A program made the position numbers and the translations under genes. From a virus (lineage: Duplodnaviria; Heunggongvirae; Uroviricota; Caudoviricetes): DNA of 64,000 nt. The stretch spans positions 256,001 through 320,000 of IMG/VR virus record IMGVR_UViG_3300015615_000629; one strand, 5' to 3'. Below, in pieces: positions 60,064 through 64,000 of the stretch; the stretch's first letter is position 1; each line of letters starts with the position of its first letter. A model generated the notes under the pieces. The model did no database searches. It had not been told where the DNA came from and saw nothing but the letters and a program-made list of their open reading frames with translations.

Positions 60064-60648
60064 TTAACTCCAAATAGATTCCTTCGGCTTTCTATCCCGA
60101 ACTGCCTTTAGTAGTTCGAAAACCTTATCTTTATTAGTTCCATCGTATTTAATCACGTTTTTATGAGAAAATTCGAGATTATTTGGGTGAGTTGGCATAA
60201 TCCCTAGTCCTCTGGGACGGTTTTTAAGCCAACTGGACATGTATTTGGGCCAATCATCAACTAAAACCCGTCCATAAGTAAGGGATTTATCATCCTCTGT
60301 CACAGTAACTTTAATGCCGCTTCCTAAGTGCCTACGGCACCACCGTATCTTTTGCTCCCATGCTGAATGGGTGTTTTCCGGCCCTTTTGTCAGGATATGT
60401 ATCTCATATTCAAGTTCTTGAAGCATTTTAAAAACATCAAAGCCTGATTGAATTGGTTCTAGATCAAACCACCAATCCTTGCTATTTTTAATCAACCGCA
60501 TCCTGTTTCTCAATGGTTTTGATAAACCATTGAGGCTTGTTACAATTGGTTCTTCGGGAGAACGTAATTGTTCCAACCATCGAAGCATAGAACCTTCGTA
60601 ATCAGCCAAGGTGCCGTCCATGTCTACTAATGCTACTATTCTGGCCAT
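60064..60648 (-). CDS. 5'(3')-deoxyribonucleotidase (NT5C, HAD family)
   Basis: VDMDGTLAD, L.P, ILT, K..W, DKS..LVDD. Confidence 0.85.
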   Translation of the reverse strand: MARIVALVDMDGTLADYEGSMLRWLEQLRSPEEPIVTSLNGLSKPLRNRMRLIKNSKDWWFDLEPIQSGFDVFKMLQELEYEIHILTKGPENTHSAWEQKIRWCRRHLGSGIKVTVTEDDKSLTYGRVLVDDWPKYMSSWLKNRPRGLGIMPTHPNNLEFSHKNVIKYDGTNKDKVFELLKAVRDRKPKESIWS

Positions 60649-61118
60649 GTTGGTTCGTCTACTTCTTTGTAATGACGGAGGGAGATTCTACTTAACTGTT
60701 CACGTTTTGCAGCCTCGATAGAGGCACTTCGACGTAAATAAGTAAAAGAAGTCTGCCAAAAAAGGTTTATCGTATTTAGCACTAATTTTGAAGCCGAAGG
60801 TTGTTCTTTAATCGCCGTTCCCAGACAGATGGGCTGATATTTGACATGAGAAATATTTTTGGGAAGATAACAAACGCCATCTTTGACAACGGACAACCAT
60901 ATTCCACTAAAAATGAAAACACGACTTACATGATTTTGAATAAACCCTATTTCAAATATCAAATCTGGAAAATTAACAAATCTGGGACGATGGGTCTCTT
61001 GGTCTTGGGCAAATCCTCGAATCATAATTGTCCTGTTGTGAGCCGGAACTAAAACTTGAGCATAGTTGGCTTTATATTGGATATGGGCGGCGTCGAATTC
61101 GAAGTATTTTATCTGCAT
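60636..61118 (-). CDS. Prok-E2_D-like paralogue 14
   Basis: PAHNRT..FVNFPDLIF..SHV..PICLG..INLFWQTSF. Confidence 0.6.
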   Translation of the reverse strand: MQIKYFEFDAAHIQYKANYAQVLVPAHNRTIMIRGFAQDQETHRPRFVNFPDLIFEIGFIQNHVSRVFIFSGIWLSVVKDGVCYLPKNISHVKYQPICLGTAIKEQPSASKLVLNTINLFWQTSFTYLRRSASIEAAKREQLSRISLRHYKEVDEPTWPE

Positions 61119-61408
61119 TCTTGAGCCTCTGTAACAACTATAGCGATCAAATCTCGCCAAAATCTACCAGGATTCTTTTTAACGTGGAAAACGATATCGA
61201 ACTTTTCATCTGTTAAACGATTTGTTTCGATTTTATCGAAATAGTCGCCAAATCTATAGTGCTCTTCAGTTTGATGTTCTACGCCGTTAGGAAATCGTCT
61301 TATTACGTTCGTATAGACACGGTCTAGGCCGATTTGTTTAGCAGTTTCTCGTTCTACTTCTAAAGACTTTTCTTTAGTATCGGACTGAATTAAAAACGAT
61401 TTTATCAT
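61109..61408 (-). CDS. Hypothetical protein
   Basis: 99 aa coupled ORF. Confidence 0.55.
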   Translation of the reverse strand: MIKSFLIQSDTKEKSLEVERETAKQIGLDRVYTNVIRRFPNGVEHQTEEHYRFGDYFDKIETNRLTDEKFDIVFHVKKNPGRFWRDLIAIVVTEAQECR

Positions 61409-62063
61409 AATAGTTTACCAATAATTCTTCCAAATAATCCCCCGAACACAATGCCGCTAGAGATAGTTAAGACAACACGCCAAACGGGCAAACCACTCTT
61501 GTAGGAAAAATTTGATACGATTAAATAAACGAATGCGATAAAAACGAAAATTGTAAGAAATACCATTTCTTTTCTTTCTCGTGTAGAGTCCTGTTACCCC
61601 TTCTGGTGTTATCTCACCTACGATTTGGTCTCGCTCCCCAATCGTGCAGCAGGAGTTTTCAAATAAAGCGTATGTATATGGGTCTTTAATGGGCTTGCTA
61701 AGGTCTATCTGACCTTTGGCATTCTTTTCCCATTTGCGACCATGCCTTACTATACCATATCTCGTTCTATCGTAAAACCTGCCGTATTTGCGGCCATACA
61801 CCCTAACAATTTGTCCGCATCTGTATTCTTTGCCTTTTCTGTCGTTCATTCAAACATCTCGTCGTTCCATTTTCGGTTTATTTCAACGGCTTTAAAACGA
61901 TAATAATCTCCATGAAACTCCCATTTGTTTTCAGATATCTTTTCGAAGGTAGGGACTTCATTCTGAATAAATTCTTCGGCTAATTGTTGTGTGGAAAATG
62001 CCCCAACAATATATTCTTTAAGGTCTTTTCCGCCAAACATTACGAAAAAGAGTTGCATTTAAG

Positions 62064-62133
62064 TAGCCCGTAAAAGAGTCGAACTTTTCAACCATGTTTA
62101 GGAAACGCGGTGCCATATTCCCCTGGACGGGCC
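62064..62133 (-). tRNA. tRNA-Arg(CCT), degenerate
   Basis: GGCCCGU/ACGGGCU, loop UUCCUAA, AAAAG-UUCGACU-CUUUU; weak D arm and mismatched anticodon stem. Confidence 0.6.
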
Positions 62134-62330
62134 ATGTATTATACTCAATACTTGGATTACAATAGATACATTTACAAGCAGTGTTTTCCGTACAATCCAC
62201 CCATTGACCTGTATTTATCAAATAGCCGCTCATAATTGCATTATTGTTGGACTCAAGACGACAATTACTATCTTGTAAATGCTTTTCACACAAGCACGAG
62301 GAAGGGATTGATATTCCTTCGCTGCTTGTT

Positions 62331-62840
62331 TTACAAAATAGTTTGATTGGCAAGTTTTTCTGCCCACTCTGCTGCTTCTTTTGGAGTAGTTGCCGTTTCG
62401 CAACCAATTTCTTTACCATCTTTAAACATTCTAACATAGAATTGGCCTTTTGGGTCGTTTTCTGGAAACCAATCTACGCAAATAGTCTTATTCCCGATAT
62501 TCACCACCACAATATCTTGGTTTAATTCATACGGTTGCATTTCTTCGTATAAATTGCTGGAAATTTCAGCACCCGCTGGCAAGGAAATGGGAATCGGTAA
62601 CAAAAAGTATTCCTTATCGACTTCTATTGCTTGCGTGCCATCCTCAAATGTCAGATCGGCACAACTGGGATTAATAGCATTTTGTTTGACATCTGCTTCG
62701 ACAATTTCGCCACATTTGTAAACCACTTCGGGTAAAACAACGTCTTTGGTTGGATAATCACCTAATTTTAGGCAATAAAATCCTTTATAATGACCGCCTA
62801 ATTTTCGAAATTTAATTTTTTCCATATCGTCTTTCTGCAA
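62331..62840 (-). CDS. Hypothetical protein
   Basis: 169 aa ORF. Confidence 0.55.
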   Translation of the reverse strand: MQKDDMEKIKFRKLGGHYKGFYCLKLGDYPTKDVVLPEVVYKCGEIVEADVKQNAINPSCADLTFEDGTQAIEVDKEYFLLPIPISLPAGAEISSNLYEEMQPYELNQDIVVVNIGNKTICVDWFPENDPKGQFYVRMFKDGKEIGCETATTPKEAAEWAEKLANQTIL

Positions 62841-63150
62841 GTTCTACACCCATTCGGAAGGCTTGTTCTGGCGTAGGCGGCCCTACCTCATCAATTTTAC
62901 CAAAATAAGGGTGCTCGCAGTCGAACAATCGTTCTACGCGGCTTCTGGTTTCGTTGCTGTAATAACCTGCCCAATATCCCAAATTGGTTTTTTCTATTCC
63001 CTCAGCTTCTTCACGAGTAAGCCCGTGTTCCATCGAATGCCAGACGAGAACTTCAAAATATTGCTTAGCCTCGTCTTCTGAAACAATTTTCATTGCTGGA
63101 CTATATTTGTCGTCCAAAGTAATGTTATGCGGTAACACTTTATTTGTCAT
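62812..63150 (-). CDS. Hypothetical protein
   Basis: NLGYWAGYY..HPYFG. Confidence 0.6.
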   Translation of the reverse strand: MTNKVLPHNITLDDKYSPAMKIVSEDEAKQYFEVLVWHSMEHGLTREEAEGIEKTNLGYWAGYYSNETRSRVERLFDCEHPYFGKIDEVGPPTPEQAFRMGVELAERRYGKN

Positions 63151-63404
63151 TGTGCCAACTCAATCCTTGCCCGTTAAGCGTATTGTATATGTCTTTGGCT
63201 AATATTTCAAATGCGGCTTTCTTGGCTTCTTTTGTTTCTAAGTCCCTGCCCATATTAGTGCAACAATGCGTATGAGACGAACCCTCGTTTTCGTCCTCAA
63301 CAATAACAGTAACGCAGAAATCGTCCCAATCGCGTTCGAATTTAATTGAACCACCATTATTACATATTTCTGCAATTTTAGCCACAATGGCAACGCAATG
63401 TTTT

Positions 63405-63896
63405 TCAGTCATTTTCATGGGCTCGTCTAAACATGTTCAAATCCAGTAGATGACCGGCTTCCTCTGCTGTAGCCCTGAACATTTTTCTAAAGGTGTTCTT
63501 TCCTAGTATCGTCTCTATTTGCTGAAAGTGCTTAAAGGCTGCTTCGTTGTATTGCTTAACGCATTCTTCCGAAGTAATTTCTTTTGTATCGAATCTATAC
63601 AATAGGCTTTGAAAAACCTTTAACATTTCATCTCTTATGGAGACAATTTCACGAATTTTTTCAAGGTCTACATCTTCTACATCTCCGATTTCAATATTGT
63701 TTTCGTTATACTCAACATCTTCTCGAATTCTCCAAGCAAACATATCGTCTACTTTCATGTCTTTGATTACGGATGGCGAAAAGAAAATAGGAACTTCCAA
63801 AACGGAGCTAAGACATTCAACTCCTTCTTCTTTATAAGCGGTTAATTTACATCCGATCCATTGACCGTTCATTCTGAAAGCCTTAATTTGTTCCAA
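63405..63896 (-). CDS. Hypothetical protein
   Basis: 163 aa ORF. Confidence 0.55.
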   Translation of the reverse strand: MEQIKAFRMNGQWIGCKLTAYKEEGVECLSSVLEVPIFFSPSVIKDMKVDDMFAWRIREDVEYNENNIEIGDVEDVDLEKIREIVSIRDEMLKVFQSLLYRFDTKEITSEECVKQYNEAAFKHFQQIETILGKNTFRKMFRATAEEAGHLLDLNMFRRAHEND

Positions 63897-64000
63897 TGTT
63901 CTGTAAAATCGCCTTCAATCCATTCAGACCCTTCAATAAATTGATCTCTGGTTTTGAGCCAGTCGATTGTTTCTGCCTTACCGCGTTCCCAATCGAAGTA

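Overview
This 64 kb window looks like part of a large (jumbo, T4-like) bacteriophage genome. It is AT-rich, uses the standard genetic code, and is densely packed with small genes, mostly on the minus strand. Recognisable phage-type genes include a UvsW-like helicase, a 1525-aa Gly/Ser/Thr-rich fibre/adhesin, probable capsid-targeted proteins, ADP-ribosyltransferase-like proteins and two free-standing endonucleases. A prepilin leader, YHS proteins and an FSL-type signal peptide weakly suggest a Planctomycetota/PVC host. Three translation-related systems stand out. (1) A dispersed tRNA region (5 Leu, 1 Phe, 1 Tyr-like, 4 Ser) is headed by a promoter, an unannotated 21-codon leader ORF (MNAMFSLSLSFLSLSLYSDDG, 46181-46246) and a strong terminator. 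The 14 core leader codons sample almost every Leu and Ser codon once, plus Phe and Tyr, which are exactly the amino acids of the downstream tRNAs. This reads as a ribosome-stalling attenuator that would switch on phage tRNAs when host tRNAs are depleted or cleaved. (2) A Ro60/TROVE gene is preceded by four Y-RNA-like units with a shared scaffold, each displaying a different anticodon loop (CAU, UCA, GCA, GAA). A small ubiquitin-like gene is embedded in this array, and E1 (ThiF), JAB and a putative E2 lie downstream. (3) About 14 divergent paralogues of a Prok-E2_D-like protein are scattered over 33 kb. PNKP, an RNA ligase and several orphan antitoxin-like genes round out what looks like an anti-tRNase counter-defence toolkit. 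All protein family calls come from motif recognition by eye; no database searches were run.
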